A DNA stretch of 49,636 nucleotides. Origin: a virus. The stretch lies in the IMG/VR virus record IMGVR_UViG_3300033987_000055, one strand, 5' to 3'. A program made the translations under genes and the position numbers. Numbering within the stretch: position 1 is the first letter of the stretch; each line of letters begins with the position of its first letter. Positions 14,293 through 24,797 of this stretch are shown here, one piece after another. The notes beneath the pieces were generated by a model that saw only the letters and a list, made by a program, of their open reading frames with translations, was not told the origin of the DNA and made no database searches.

Positions 14293-14979
14293 CTATTCTA
14301 TTTTTATAAATCCATCAAAGCCTTTAGCTTTTAGCTCTTTTAACAATTTTTCTGCATTTTCTCTCTTGCTAAATGCTCCTACCTGTACCTTATAAAGCTT
14401 ACCTGATTCTTTTTGTTGCTTTGCTTCTTCTTTCTTGGGTTCTTGATACTTGATTCCAAAATAGCTCAATATCCCTTTTGCAATTGCTGTTGCAAATTCT
14501 TTTTGTTTAGTTTTGAGCAATTGAGCATCTTCTAAATTAGTGATGAAAGCCATTTCTATCAACGCAGCTGGCATCTTGGTAAGCCTCAATACTGCAAAGT
14601 TTGCTGTCTTTGTACCTCGATCCCTAGTATATAATTTTGATGAGATAACCTGCTCGTGTATTAATTTTGCTAGTTTAGCGCCTTTTGTACTGTTAGGATA
14701 GCTATAGGTTTCAACTCCATGAGCAGTTGAGTTTTTATATGCATTGCAATGAATTGATACAAATATATCTGCTCCAAAGTTATTTGCTTTGTTGGCTCTA
14801 TCAGATAACTCCATAAATGTATCTGTAGTTCGAGTATATCCTACTGTTACTCCATGTCTTTTTAAAATTTCACCTATTTCTAAAGTCACTGGTAAAGTTA
14901 TATTTTTTTCTTGCATACCATTCCCTACTGCCCCTGGGTCTTTACCTCCATGCCCAGCATCTAAAAATACTTTAACCAT
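14293..14979 (-). CDS. Endolysin: N-acetylmuramoyl-L-alanine amidase (Amidase_3) with a C-terminal SPOR domain
   Basis: VFLDAGHGGKDPGAVGNG..SIHCNA..E. The C-terminal YKVQVGAFSKRENAEKLLKELKAKGF is SPOR-like. Confidence 0.9.
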   Translation of the reverse strand: MVKVFLDAGHGGKDPGAVGNGMQEKNITLPVTLEIGEILKRHGVTVGYTRTTDTFMELSDRANKANNFGADIFVSIHCNAYKNSTAHGVETYSYPNSTKGAKLAKLIHEQVISSKLYTRDRGTKTANFAVLRLTKMPAALIEMAFITNLEDAQLLKTKQKEFATAIAKGILSYFGIKYQEPKKEEAKQQKESGKLYKVQVGAFSKRENAEKLLKELKAKGFDGFIKIE

Positions 14980-14994
14980 AAAATCAAAACCTCC

Positions 14995-15246
14995 TTAATT
15001 AAATAATCCTTTTTGCACTGCATAAAAAAAGAAGCTTATAAAAGCTCCTACCAATGCAGTAATAAACCACTTCATTGTTTTGTTTAAGTTTTCTAGCTGA
15101 GTGATGAGACTATTAAGCCTCTCTTCAAGTCTTCCATTTGCTAGTTCTATCCTGTCTAATCTCTCTGAATGATTGTTAAGTCTCCTTTCATGCAATTCAA
15201 GTTTTTCATCTATTCTCTTATGACGTTCATCGCATAATTTGTCCAT
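14995..15246 (-). CDS. xhlA: XhlA-family lysis-associated membrane protein
   Basis: Coiled coil HERRLNNHSERLDRIE..LEERLNSL plus a C-terminal TM. ATG 15246 follows AGGAGGTG. The ORF-track start at 15300 is probably too long. Confidence 0.7.
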   Translation of the reverse strand: MDKLCDERHKRIDEKLELHERRLNNHSERLDRIELANGRLEERLNSLITQLENLNKTMKWFITALVGAFISFFFYAVQKGLFN

Positions 15247-15311
15247 ATAGCACCTCCTAGAAAAATGAGCATAAAAAATGCACCTGCTGGGTGTTATCAT
15301 AAACGTTTATT

Positions 15312-15494
15312 CTAATTTTCTTTTACTTGACCATTTGGAATTACTTCTTGTTTTGGTGGTGCGTTTTGGGTGGCCTCTTGCTGTTCATACTTTGCCAATC
15401 TGGCTTTTAGTATGACATTTTCAAACATTAAATCTTTATTTCTGTTTAATAACTCCTGTATAACATAAGTTGCGTCAATGTTGCTATATGACAT
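15312..15494 (-). CDS. Hypothetical protein (60 aa)
   Basis: ORF track. Confidence 0.5.
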   Translation of the reverse strand: MSYSNIDATYVIQELLNRNKDLMFENVILKARLAKYEQQEATQNAPPKQEVIPNGQVKEN

Positions 15495-15497
15495 ATA

Positions 15498-15626
15498 CTA
15501 TTCCTCCTTACCCATAATATAATTTTTATCTTCGGAAGTTATTTCACCTCGTTCAACTAGAAGGTTTATATCATCGTCTGTTACTTTACCGAGTTTGTAT
15601 TGAACTTTTAAGAATTCAACCATCAT
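15498..15626 (-). CDS. xkdX: XkdX-like small protein (42 aa)
   Basis: Not in the ORF track. Sequence MMVEFLKVQYKLGKVTDDDINLLVERGEITSEDKNYIMGKEE. TAATG overlap with the upstream ORF. Confidence 0.55.
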   Translation of the reverse strand: MMVEFLKVQYKLGKVTDDDINLLVERGEITSEDKNYIMGKEE

Positions 15627-15886
15627 TATTTAGCCTCCCTAAAAATTTGCTCTAAAGCGTACTGCTCTAGTGCTTCTATTCGTTCCTCCAGAGTTGGTAT
15701 ATTGGCTTTTTGTTGTTCTTCCTGCTCTTTTAATTGTTCCAACTGCTGGAAGAATTCATCAGCTTCAATAAATTCTATCTCGTCTTCTGTTAGCCCGCTA
15801 TTTATTGCATCCTGCTTCATTACTTCTATGTCGTTACAAGGTCCACTAATTTGGCGTTTATTGTCTTTCCTAATACAAACTTTCAT
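15626..15886 (-). CDS. Hypothetical protein (86 aa) downstream of the tail fibre
   Basis: ORF track. Confidence 0.5.
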   Translation of the reverse strand: MKVCIRKDNKRQISGPCNDIEVMKQDAINSGLTEDEIEFIEADEFFQQLEQLKEQEEQQKANIPTLEERIEALEQYALEQIFREAK

Positions 15887-15899
15887 AAATTCTCCTCCT

Positions 15900-18449
15900 T
15901 TAATAATAAAAAACTAACCAATATAATGTAACTGTAGCATTAACGCCAGAACCATATAAAGTCCAAGTTAGAGTAAGCGATGAGTCACTACGATTGCTTA
16001 TTGTTGCTGTTACGTAGTTTGAACTACTACCAAGACGTACTAAAGTTGTAACAACACCGTATGTGCTTCCATTAAAATTTATACAACGCTCTCTAACAAA
16101 ATCCGTCATTCCAACTGCAATATACTGAGTAGCTGGCGACTGAGTAGATGCAAAACAAATAATAGCTGCTGGTGCTCTACCTCTCGAAAGTGAGACGGTT
16201 TGTGTCCCAGATGTTGTCCCATCTCTTGTTACTACGACTACTTCCGGTAGAAAACCTATTGCTAAAGGCAACCAATCTCTCCAGTCGCTAGCATTATATT
16301 TTACTCTATACCAGGGCTTATTATTTGACTTTGTTGAATGCGGAAAGTAAGCTTGTAATACACCTGTTGACGTTTGAGCTACTAATAACATTCCATAGTT
16401 ATATACACCCGTTGGTGCATTTATTCCTAAACGACTCACTCTATAAATACCTGGTTCTAATGTATCCCAATCAATAGTTTCTGAATTTAATGTCGTACGG
16501 GTATCTTTAAGTGCTGAATCTAAAACACTCAATACATTTATACCATTAAGGAATACATTACCGTTAGTTGCTTTAATGTATATGTCTCCACTATCTTCAT
16601 TAATCATCTGTAGATGAGTACTACCGTTTCTACCATAACCTATCCAGCCCTTTCTTCCTTCATTAAAACCTCTTGGATAATAACTTATATAATTATGTCC
16701 CTGACCAATAAGCTGTAGTGCGTTACCGTTACTATTAATACGTGTACGTCCACCTATATCAAGTGCTCCACCTTCTAATATTTTTCCTAAACCAATTCCA
16801 GTTTTTCCTAGTGATATTGTAACAATACCGGTTGATATTACTAAAGTAGTCAATGTTGTATAGAATTTATCGACTATTCTAAACCTAATATCATATGATT
16901 TGGTAATATCATATTGTTCTGAAGCACTACCTAAAATCTTATAACCTTCAAATCCTTGTGTTACTGTAAATGATTCTTTAGTTTCCCAAGTACTACTTGT
17001 CCTTTCTTTTACATCAATATAAACTGTAATTACATTTTTACTATTTAATGTATAAATATTAGAACCTTTATAATCTATACGAATATAAGTACCTAAATCA
17101 TTACTACTACCATCTTGATTACTCCTACGAGCTTTTATACTATCAATCTTTGGTGGATTATATTCTAATACTGTGATATTTACTTCTTTTGTCGCTGTAC
17201 GTCCACGGCTATCTGTTATTGTTGCTATAATTTTTAACGTTCCTTTACCAGTAATAGTATTTGTTGTTGCTGTTTGTGTTGTATAAGTTTTTCCATCTAC
17301 CGTTATCTTATAACTAGTAATTGTACTTCCATAAGCACCTTGCGCACCAGTAATGGCTAGATTCAATTTTGATAGATTCTGTACATATACGCCACTGCCT
17401 AAACTTAGAGCTGCTACTGCACTATTTGCTTCTGAATGTGTCACTGTATTGAATGAAGGTACTACAGACGATGGAACATTAGTCTTTAAGTTTAGAGAAA
17501 CTGTTCCTACTAAAGCAGTACCGTTGTAGGTATCCACGTAAATGGTACCAGTAGTGCTGGTTGCGTTTGGAATGTAGTTCATAAAATTCATCGGAACTGT
17601 CCAGCTTTGACTTGTTGCTACATTAGTTGCAATATTACCTGTATTTCCGTTCCAATTATATCTGATTGTGTGCGTCAATTTCGTATGTGCGCGACTGATA
17701 CTTATTGTTACTGAACTACCATAATTAACAGATGATGCACTTAAACTTGCACTACTTGTTGGTATCGTTAAAGTTAATGTTACTGATTTCGTACCTATCA
17801 GTGTAGATCCACTGTAAGTATCACAGTAAATCGTACAGGTAGCACTTTTTGTGTTAGTTAAGCCATTAATCAAAGATGTTGGAACTGTCCAGCTATAACT
17901 TGTTCCTACACCAGTTGCTATGGTGCCGGATTGTCCTGCCACTGAATACCTAAGTGTATGTGTAAAGCTAGAGGAAGCTCTACTAATCGAAATTGTCACA
18001 CTTTTTCCAAATTGTACGTTACTAGAACTAACCGAAACAGAGCTTGCCCTAGGAATTGTATCTAATGTAAAACTTTGTTGTGCTATGTTTACGGTACCGT
18101 AATACGTTCCGCTAAGTGTAGCATTAAGATCAATGCTACCACTTATTGTGATACTCTTGGTACCGTCAGCATTATGCTGAACGGTCTTAGTCGCGGTAGC
18201 CATCAGCTTTTTCTGGCCACCAGCAAGTTGCGCTGTATTTTCTGCGCTGGTGTAAGTAGTTCCGTCTATAGTAATACGTACTGTCTTTTTTGCACTTGAA
18301 TAAATGGGATATCCTGAACCCATTGACTGTAAGTAAAATTTTGCAGTAATTGTTGAGGTGTTTGCTGAAATGTTTTGGGTTGCAGTCCATTCAATAAGAA
18401 CTCTATATCCAGTCGAAAATTGATTAACTAATGAACCACTTAAAGCCAA
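15900..18449 (-). CDS. Tail fibre / receptor-binding protein (DUF859-like N-terminus, tandem Ig-like repeats)
   Basis: 849 aa. The N-terminus resembles the siphovirus DUF859 family. Two consecutive about 95-aa repeats (..SVTISISRA(S/H)..THT(L/I)RY..TIY(C/V)DTY(S/N)G..). Confidence 0.75.
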   Translation of the reverse strand: MALSGSLVNQFSTGYRVLIEWTATQNISANTSTITAKFYLQSMGSGYPIYSSAKKTVRITIDGTTYTSAENTAQLAGGQKKLMATATKTVQHNADGTKSITISGSIDLNATLSGTYYGTVNIAQQSFTLDTIPRASSVSVSSSNVQFGKSVTISISRASSSFTHTLRYSVAGQSGTIATGVGTSYSWTVPTSLINGLTNTKSATCTIYCDTYSGSTLIGTKSVTLTLTIPTSSASLSASSVNYGSSVTISISRAHTKLTHTIRYNWNGNTGNIATNVATSQSWTVPMNFMNYIPNATSTTGTIYVDTYNGTALVGTVSLNLKTNVPSSVVPSFNTVTHSEANSAVAALSLGSGVYVQNLSKLNLAITGAQGAYGSTITSYKITVDGKTYTTQTATTNTITGKGTLKIIATITDSRGRTATKEVNITVLEYNPPKIDSIKARRSNQDGSSNDLGTYIRIDYKGSNIYTLNSKNVITVYIDVKERTSSTWETKESFTVTQGFEGYKILGSASEQYDITKSYDIRFRIVDKFYTTLTTLVISTGIVTISLGKTGIGLGKILEGGALDIGGRTRINSNGNALQLIGQGHNYISYYPRGFNEGRKGWIGYGRNGSTHLQMINEDSGDIYIKATNGNVFLNGINVLSVLDSALKDTRTTLNSETIDWDTLEPGIYRVSRLGINAPTGVYNYGMLLVAQTSTGVLQAYFPHSTKSNNKPWYRVKYNASDWRDWLPLAIGFLPEVVVVTRDGTTSGTQTVSLSRGRAPAAIICFASTQSPATQYIAVGMTDFVRERCINFNGSTYGVVTTLVRLGSSSNYVTATISNRSDSSLTLTWTLYGSGVNATVTLYWLVFYY

Positions 18450-18464
18450 CTTTTCTCACCTCCT

Positions 18465-21400
18465 CTAGCCTACCCATCTTATTAATGTTATTTCATCGTT
18501 GTATTTTTCAATTACATGGTTGCCAAGTTTTATACTATTTAATACCTCACCTTCTGTGATGAAAAGTTTCTGTGATGATACATAAGCAATTTCAGAGCCT
18601 GAATCCAAAAATGATAATTTTTCATTACTCAATAGCATTTTCAATGGACTATCTGATTGCCCTATTTCTAAACCATGACTTGAAAATCTAAATGTAGTTT
18701 TTAAATTATTTATATCTGCCCCTATTTCACTAAGACTTTCCTGGTATTCTGTAAATTTTAAAGTTAACTCATCTGCTGTAGCTTGTATTTCTGATTGAAA
18801 TCTTGTAACTAATTCATCTTCTAAATCATCTAATTGTTCTGTTATACTAACTTGTAATTGATCTGCAGATTGCTGTACTAATGATTCAGCATATTCTCTT
18901 ACTTGTCCTATTTCGGTAATAATAGAAGATACTTCACTTGTTATACCATCTACAGATACAGTTAGTTGTGCTGTTTTTTCTTCTATTCTAGTTGCTATAT
19001 CGTCTGTATATGATTTTGCGTTGTCTTCTGCGTTTTGTATATCTTCTTCTACATCTTCTGGTGCTGGTGTCCAATCTGTTGCTTTGTTGCCTTTTTCGAG
19101 TTTAACCCATTCTATAGTACCTTCTTCTTTCAATGATTTTAATATAATAGTTCTATCTTGATTATTTGCTCCAGTACTAAATGTAATAGTGTTATTGTCA
19201 TCTAGAAATCCTACAAAACTATTACCTAGCCACACACCTATAAAATCATCAACTATATCAGTTTTAACGGATAATGTATACCATGTATTACTTTCTATAT
19301 CTGCAGACAGGTTATATAATACACCTTTAGTATTATTAAAATCCTCTGGTGCTGGTGTCCATGGGGTTGCTTGGGAGCCTTTTTCAATTTTGATATTTCG
19401 GTATTCAATAATATCTCCTACGACAGGCTCTAAACCTGCAAACAGTATAAGCAGTGCATTTCTTTCTAGTTGGTCATTAGGGATAGTCATAGTAGTAGAC
19501 ACTCTTTTCCATTTTCCGTTAGTGTTAGGTATAATTATGCTATTACTACTATATCGATTAGCATGACCTGGTAGTTGTCTAATGTTAAATTGTAAAGTTG
19601 CAATATTTTCTCTAGTCGTTCTTACATCTAAAGATAATGTATATTCGGAGTTAGAATCGGAAAATATTTTGTTATCTGTAAGTCTATCATGTCCCCAAGC
19701 CCAACTGTTCCAATAGCCTTCTTTAACTACTTCTATTCTTCCGTATTCGTTATTTACAACTTCTCTTATAGTGATATCTCTATAATCTGTTCCAGTTAAA
19801 AATAAGGACCTACTATTCCTTAATAAATTCCTCCCCCACTCATCCCCATATATTTCTATTTCACCAACTGTGCCATCTGTTGGTATAATCTCCATATTAG
19901 GGAACTCAATTAGAGTATTAGAGTTAAGTATTAGATTCCTTCCTCCAACCTGAATATTATCCACAGCTTCTTGTAAATTATTATCTATTTCTTCCTTTGT
20001 ATAAACTTCTGTTTTATTAACTTTAAGTGATATTTCACCTGATAAAGTTTGAATACTACTTTCAGCAGTTGTTAATCTATTTTCGAAATTTTGCTTATCG
20101 GTTTCATATGTTTGATTACTAACCTTTAATGCAATTTCATTAGACATTGCTGAAATTTGTGATGTATGTGTATCTAATTTTTGACCATGGTTATTTACTG
20201 TTTGTTGTAAAGTATTAAATAAAACATTTAATGCTGTGTTATCTATTTCTATTTTCGATCCATCAATTTTTGTTGTTCCTTCATTAATAGATTCAACTAC
20301 TTTGGAAATATTTATTTTAACTGGATCTAGTGAGCCATCTTCAAGCTTGTTATATCCATCAGTAAAACCTTCATCTGTTAGTCCATCTTGTGTAAGTAAT
20401 ACAGTTTTGCCATCAGCACCACGTAAAACTAATGAAGCATCATTATTTTCATCTACACCTAGCATGATACGTTCAAGTAATTGACCATCAGCTTGTAGGT
20501 CAAATATTTGTAGTTTATTACCCTGAAACTTCATTTGTCCATTTGGGCCAGCTATTGTAACTTTAGATGTATCAATAGTACCTGCATTAATTTTGTTAGC
20601 GTTAAGGCTACTTATTTGTGCATCTCCAATAGCACCATCTGCAATAATTCCACTTCCAGCAGTGATAGCTCCAGTTTTTATATTTTCAGCTGTTAAGTTA
20701 CCTGCTAAGAGATGGTTAATACTAGCTATATCTGATTCAAGGGCAGTAATATTAGCTTTAGCAGCATTAAGCTCATCTACATCAGCTTTATTAACTTTTA
20801 AATTGTCTATTTCAGCATTGGTGGCTTGTAAATCAATTATATTAGCTTTTGTTGCATATAAATCATTAATTCTTGCCTCATTCGCTCGTACAAGATTAAT
20901 ATCTGCTTTATCAGCTAATATTTGATTAACTTCCAATATATTTAACCTCAAATCATTTAAACTTTGAGTTATAGTTTTGCTTCCAGTGCTTCCTGTAGAA
21001 CTTATTTTATCTTGTGGGGCGTTAGCCCTTAACTCACTTTTCAATCCACCAGTATAACTGATTTTATGGTAGACAATAGGGATGTTTCTTTCTACACCAA
21101 ACCTATCTATTAGTTTAATAATATCCCCTACATCTAAATGAGGTAATCCTTGTAAGCTACACTCATAAGCTATATAAGAAATAGGAAAAACTCTATCATA
21201 TACAGTTTTTAGTTCTTCCGTAGTAGCAATGGAACTGTTTTTAATCTTTATAGTAAAACCAGTATCATTTCCATAGGTTAACTCTTCTTCCTCTTTTTCA
21301 ATTGTCAATCTTGTTAGCTTCACTTCATCATCTGCAAGTAGTTTAAAATTTTCATAGTTATCAGTTTCAAAGTTAGTAACAGTTAATTTCCTAAATTCAA

Positions 21401-21986
21401 TTTCTCCTAGCCTATTTGTTACTACATTTCTTCCCAATAATTCTGCTACAATAGATAACAACTCTCTAACAGTGTTAGGTTTTTCTTTTATTACTATATT
21501 ATCCAATTCCTGATTGGCAAATTTAATCCCTTGTGTTTCAAGTTCTGTTTTTATATTGTTCCAAGTAGTAGGAAATGTTAAGCTGGTTTCATAAGGCATA
21601 TTTTCTAATGAATATAGTACATCATATCCTACCAAAGACACTGTTCTTTCTGTTTTCACTGTGTCTGTAGGATTTATCCTAAACACACCCATAGGAATGA
21701 ATTCAAAATTACCTTCTGATATTTCTATCCCTATATATGGTTTTAGTTCTTGTGTAGTAAATACTGGCGGTATATTATCTTTTAATAACTTTACATTTAT
21801 CTTACTAGCTACTGCTCCACCTATAGCTGGAATACTATCGTTACCCAGGGAATATTCCATGTCCATAGAAATTATATCTTCATTGGTAAGTTCTATATTT
21901 CCTATATACAGTTTTCCCCTTATTACCCTATCATTTTGTGTAACTTTTTCTAAAAATGATTGTGTTACATCATACATGTTAATCAC
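18465..21986 (-). CDS. Tail tip / minor structural protein (prophage tail endopeptidase-like N-terminus, coiled coil, two carbohydrate-binding-like modules)
   Basis: 1173 aa. Repeated module ends KIEKGSQATPWTPAPED and KLEKGNKATDWTPAPED. Position is directly after the tape measure and a small tail protein. Confidence 0.75.
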   Translation of the reverse strand: MINMYDVTQSFLEKVTQNDRVIRGKLYIGNIELTNEDIISMDMEYSLGNDSIPAIGGAVASKINVKLLKDNIPPVFTTQELKPYIGIEISEGNFEFIPMGVFRINPTDTVKTERTVSLVGYDVLYSLENMPYETSLTFPTTWNNIKTELETQGIKFANQELDNIVIKEKPNTVRELLSIVAELLGRNVVTNRLGEIEFRKLTVTNFETDNYENFKLLADDEVKLTRLTIEKEEEELTYGNDTGFTIKIKNSSIATTEELKTVYDRVFPISYIAYECSLQGLPHLDVGDIIKLIDRFGVERNIPIVYHKISYTGGLKSELRANAPQDKISSTGSTGSKTITQSLNDLRLNILEVNQILADKADINLVRANEARINDLYATKANIIDLQATNAEIDNLKVNKADVDELNAAKANITALESDIASINHLLAGNLTAENIKTGAITAGSGIIADGAIGDAQISSLNANKINAGTIDTSKVTIAGPNGQMKFQGNKLQIFDLQADGQLLERIMLGVDENNDASLVLRGADGKTVLLTQDGLTDEGFTDGYNKLEDGSLDPVKINISKVVESINEGTTKIDGSKIEIDNTALNVLFNTLQQTVNNHGQKLDTHTSQISAMSNEIALKVSNQTYETDKQNFENRLTTAESSIQTLSGEISLKVNKTEVYTKEEIDNNLQEAVDNIQVGGRNLILNSNTLIEFPNMEIIPTDGTVGEIEIYGDEWGRNLLRNSRSLFLTGTDYRDITIREVVNNEYGRIEVVKEGYWNSWAWGHDRLTDNKIFSDSNSEYTLSLDVRTTRENIATLQFNIRQLPGHANRYSSNSIIIPNTNGKWKRVSTTMTIPNDQLERNALLILFAGLEPVVGDIIEYRNIKIEKGSQATPWTPAPEDFNNTKGVLYNLSADIESNTWYTLSVKTDIVDDFIGVWLGNSFVGFLDDNNTITFSTGANNQDRTIILKSLKEEGTIEWVKLEKGNKATDWTPAPEDVEEDIQNAEDNAKSYTDDIATRIEEKTAQLTVSVDGITSEVSSIITEIGQVREYAESLVQQSADQLQVSITEQLDDLEDELVTRFQSEIQATADELTLKFTEYQESLSEIGADINNLKTTFRFSSHGLEIGQSDSPLKMLLSNEKLSFLDSGSEIAYVSSQKLFITEGEVLNSIKLGNHVIEKYNDEITLIRWVG

Positions 21987-22014
21987 TCCTCTGTTGGAGT
22001 TTTATTATACCTAT

Positions 22015-22359
22015 CTATTTCTCAATAAAGTTCATAGTCAAGCCTTCCCATATAGGTTGGCCATCTCTCATAAATAACATTGGCATTTGTCTATCCCCAA
22101 CATAGAATGTCTTTGTGGTTTTCCCAATCAATGGATCCCAATATTCAACGCTAAAAAATATATCCTTTACTGCATTTAATATTGTAGATACCTCGCCTTG
22201 AGTTAAAGGTGGCCACTTACAATTTAATTTTCTTTTAACTGCTATTCTGTCTCTATTTAATTCTCCTTTTGCATTTCTATGTGATTCTCCGTCTAAATCA
22301 AGAATCTCCACCTGAAATTCAGATGGAGATTTTACAGTTACATTATTTATTTTCAGCAT
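22015..22359 (-). CDS. Small tail component (distal-tail position)
   Basis: 114 aa. Call is based on synteny only. Confidence 0.4.
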   Translation of the reverse strand: MLKINNVTVKSPSEFQVEILDLDGESHRNAKGELNRDRIAVKRKLNCKWPPLTQGEVSTILNAVKDIFFSVEYWDPLIGKTTKTFYVGDRQMPMLFMRDGQPIWEGLTMNFIEK

Positions 22360-22372
22360 TTTATTATCACCT

Positions 22373-24727
22373 CTATAAATCCAGGAGTATTCTTCCTTCT
22401 TGTTTTTGTAATGAATTTATAGAATTTATTACTACTCTACCTAGTTTATTACCATCTACAATTAAATTTACTTCTATTGGTCTGTCTGAAGTAGTTGCAT
22501 TATTTCTTATCGCTTTATTTACTGTTTTTTCTATCATACCTAGTAAATCGTCAAGTGGCGACACTACCTCACGCCCCCCTGGATTGTCTCCAACAAGGGC
22601 TAAAGTAGGTCCATTTGTAATTCCACCTTTTGCAAGTGCTGGTATAGCCGCTAATCCTGCTAATCCTTTTGCAACATAAGGTATTGCTTGTGGTGCTGTT
22701 AATGCTAATGCTGCTCCACCTATAATGATACCTGCTGCTATTGTAGTTTTAATAACCATGCTTTTATTCTCTCTAAACCATCCGCTTACTCTTTCACCTA
22801 AACTGCTCATTAAATTTTTAAAGTTATTCCAAACTGTAGAAAACCCACTAACCATATTGTTTACAAATCCTCTTGCAGTTTCAGCAGCTGCTCTTAAAAA
22901 TCCACTTCCAAAAGCTCTTAGATTCTGCCCTACACTATTAGCAAATGTAACAAAATTTCTAGCAGTCACTCTAAAACTCTCACTAAAGTTTCCAGCAAAA
23001 GTTCTTGCTGTTTCGGCAATTACTGCCCCTACATTTCTACCAAAAGTTTGGAGGTTATTCTGTACTGTAATAATAGTTGTATTAACATTTTTCCCTACGG
23101 TAGTTAAGCCACGATTTATATTACTAATTAATGTAGTAGCAACTCCTGCTGCAATAATTCCAACATTAGTTCTAAAAGTACGGAAATTAGATTCAATTGT
23201 TCCCCATGCTCGTTTAAAACCTTCCATTATTCTACCTGTTGCAATTTCTGTATCTCTTCTTATGTTTTCCCATACTTTTGACATTTCTCTTTGCAAGGCA
23301 GTTAATTGATTAGCTACATTAACTTTTATTGTGTTAAAAATATTTGATGTTTGCAATTGCATAATTTGCAACGAATTAATATATTTACTGTAGTTTACCG
23401 CAGGAATTGGTGGTGGATTTAACCCCCAGTTAGGTTCATATATTGGATCTGGTATTGGAGCAAATACAGGTGCAGGTACATATATTGGAACTGTTACTAG
23501 TTCTTTAATTCTATTCCACCAATCATCTAACCAAATAAAAAAACCTTCCCATTTACGTTTAGCTTCCTCTATTCCATCATCTACTTGTCTAGTATCTATT
23601 TTTGTGTTTATCTCACTCTTTACTGGTGTAAATAAATTTCCTAATCCTCCGCTTGTACCACCACTACCACCACTACCACCAGATGCCAAATTCTGTTGAA
23701 GGATATTCAATTCATCAAATGGAGCTAATGCTTTCTTAGCTGCTTTCGCTGCTTTTCCTATTCCATCAGCTAGTTTATTTTGACCTTTTCCCGCATCTAT
23801 TGCTGCATCTGTTAAATCATCATAGTTATCTGCTAAATCTCCGGTATTCTCTATACTGCTTTCTACACCTATCTCTCTGCCAGTTATCATTGTATAAATT
23901 TTACCTATAGCCTTCGTTATCTCGATTAATATCTCTAATGCTCTATTCAGAAATTTAACTACAGGCAATAAAACCTCTATTAACGCCTTACCAATCAACG
24001 ACATAAACTCTTGCCATTGTTCTTTGAGAATTTTAACTTGGTTTGCCCATGATTCTGAAGTCCTAGCAAAATCCCCTTGTGCGTCTCCAGTAACCGCTAA
24101 TAAATAATTATACCTTAGCATTGTTTGCTCTGCTTGTGTCATTTCTTTCCATGCTTTATTGATGCCTTGACTTAAAGCAAAAGCCTCTAGGTTAGCAATA
24201 TTCATGTTAATTCCTAATTGTTTAAGAGGTTCAGTTTCTCCACTTATACCAGCTCTAATCTTTGTAAAGGCTACCTCTGGATCTAAATTATAGAATGATG
24301 CCATATCTGCAGCCAATTTTGTGAGTTCTATGGACATGTCTTTTACAGCTTCACCAGTTATACCTGATGATTTAAGCATTGCTCCCATAGTAGATGCAAA
24401 TTTCTTTGCTGATAATTCGGATAAACCGAATTGTTCTCTGGCATTAGCTGCGAATTCATCAACTTCTTTAGCCATATGTCCAAAAGTTACATCAACAACA
24501 TTCTGAACTTCTCTTAAATCAGATGCCACTTCAATAGATGCTTTTCCAAAATCGACTAGTTTCTTTGTAGCAGCAGCAATTAACCCTACTTTTGTCAATT
24601 TCCCGAGGTTAATACCCAGCCCTTCTGATATTCCCTTAAAGGTGCTATTTATGCGGCTCTCAAAACCCTTTAAACTCTTTTCAGTTTTGGATATTTCTTG
24701 TTGGATACCTGAGAAGTCAGGCTCCAC
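22373..24727 (-). CDS. Tail tape measure protein
   Basis: 784 aa. Helical and Gly/Ala-rich, with a TP901-type core (..FGLSELSAKKFASTMGAMLKSSG..). The true start is probably ATG 24755 in another frame (see findings). Confidence 0.85.
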   Translation of the reverse strand: MEPDFSGIQQEISKTEKSLKGFESRINSTFKGISEGLGINLGKLTKVGLIAAATKKLVDFGKASIEVASDLREVQNVVDVTFGHMAKEVDEFAANAREQFGLSELSAKKFASTMGAMLKSSGITGEAVKDMSIELTKLAADMASFYNLDPEVAFTKIRAGISGETEPLKQLGINMNIANLEAFALSQGINKAWKEMTQAEQTMLRYNYLLAVTGDAQGDFARTSESWANQVKILKEQWQEFMSLIGKALIEVLLPVVKFLNRALEILIEITKAIGKIYTMITGREIGVESSIENTGDLADNYDDLTDAAIDAGKGQNKLADGIGKAAKAAKKALAPFDELNILQQNLASGGSGGSGGTSGGLGNLFTPVKSEINTKIDTRQVDDGIEEAKRKWEGFFIWLDDWWNRIKELVTVPIYVPAPVFAPIPDPIYEPNWGLNPPPIPAVNYSKYINSLQIMQLQTSNIFNTIKVNVANQLTALQREMSKVWENIRRDTEIATGRIMEGFKRAWGTIESNFRTFRTNVGIIAAGVATTLISNINRGLTTVGKNVNTTIITVQNNLQTFGRNVGAVIAETARTFAGNFSESFRVTARNFVTFANSVGQNLRAFGSGFLRAAAETARGFVNNMVSGFSTVWNNFKNLMSSLGERVSGWFRENKSMVIKTTIAAGIIIGGAALALTAPQAIPYVAKGLAGLAAIPALAKGGITNGPTLALVGDNPGGREVVSPLDDLLGMIEKTVNKAIRNNATTSDRPIEVNLIVDGNKLGRVVINSINSLQKQEGRILLDL

Positions 24728-24797
24728 CCCTAACTATGAAGTTGGATTTTGCCATAGATAGAGACCCCTCCCTTCTTCGTAAAATAAAAAGCACTAG

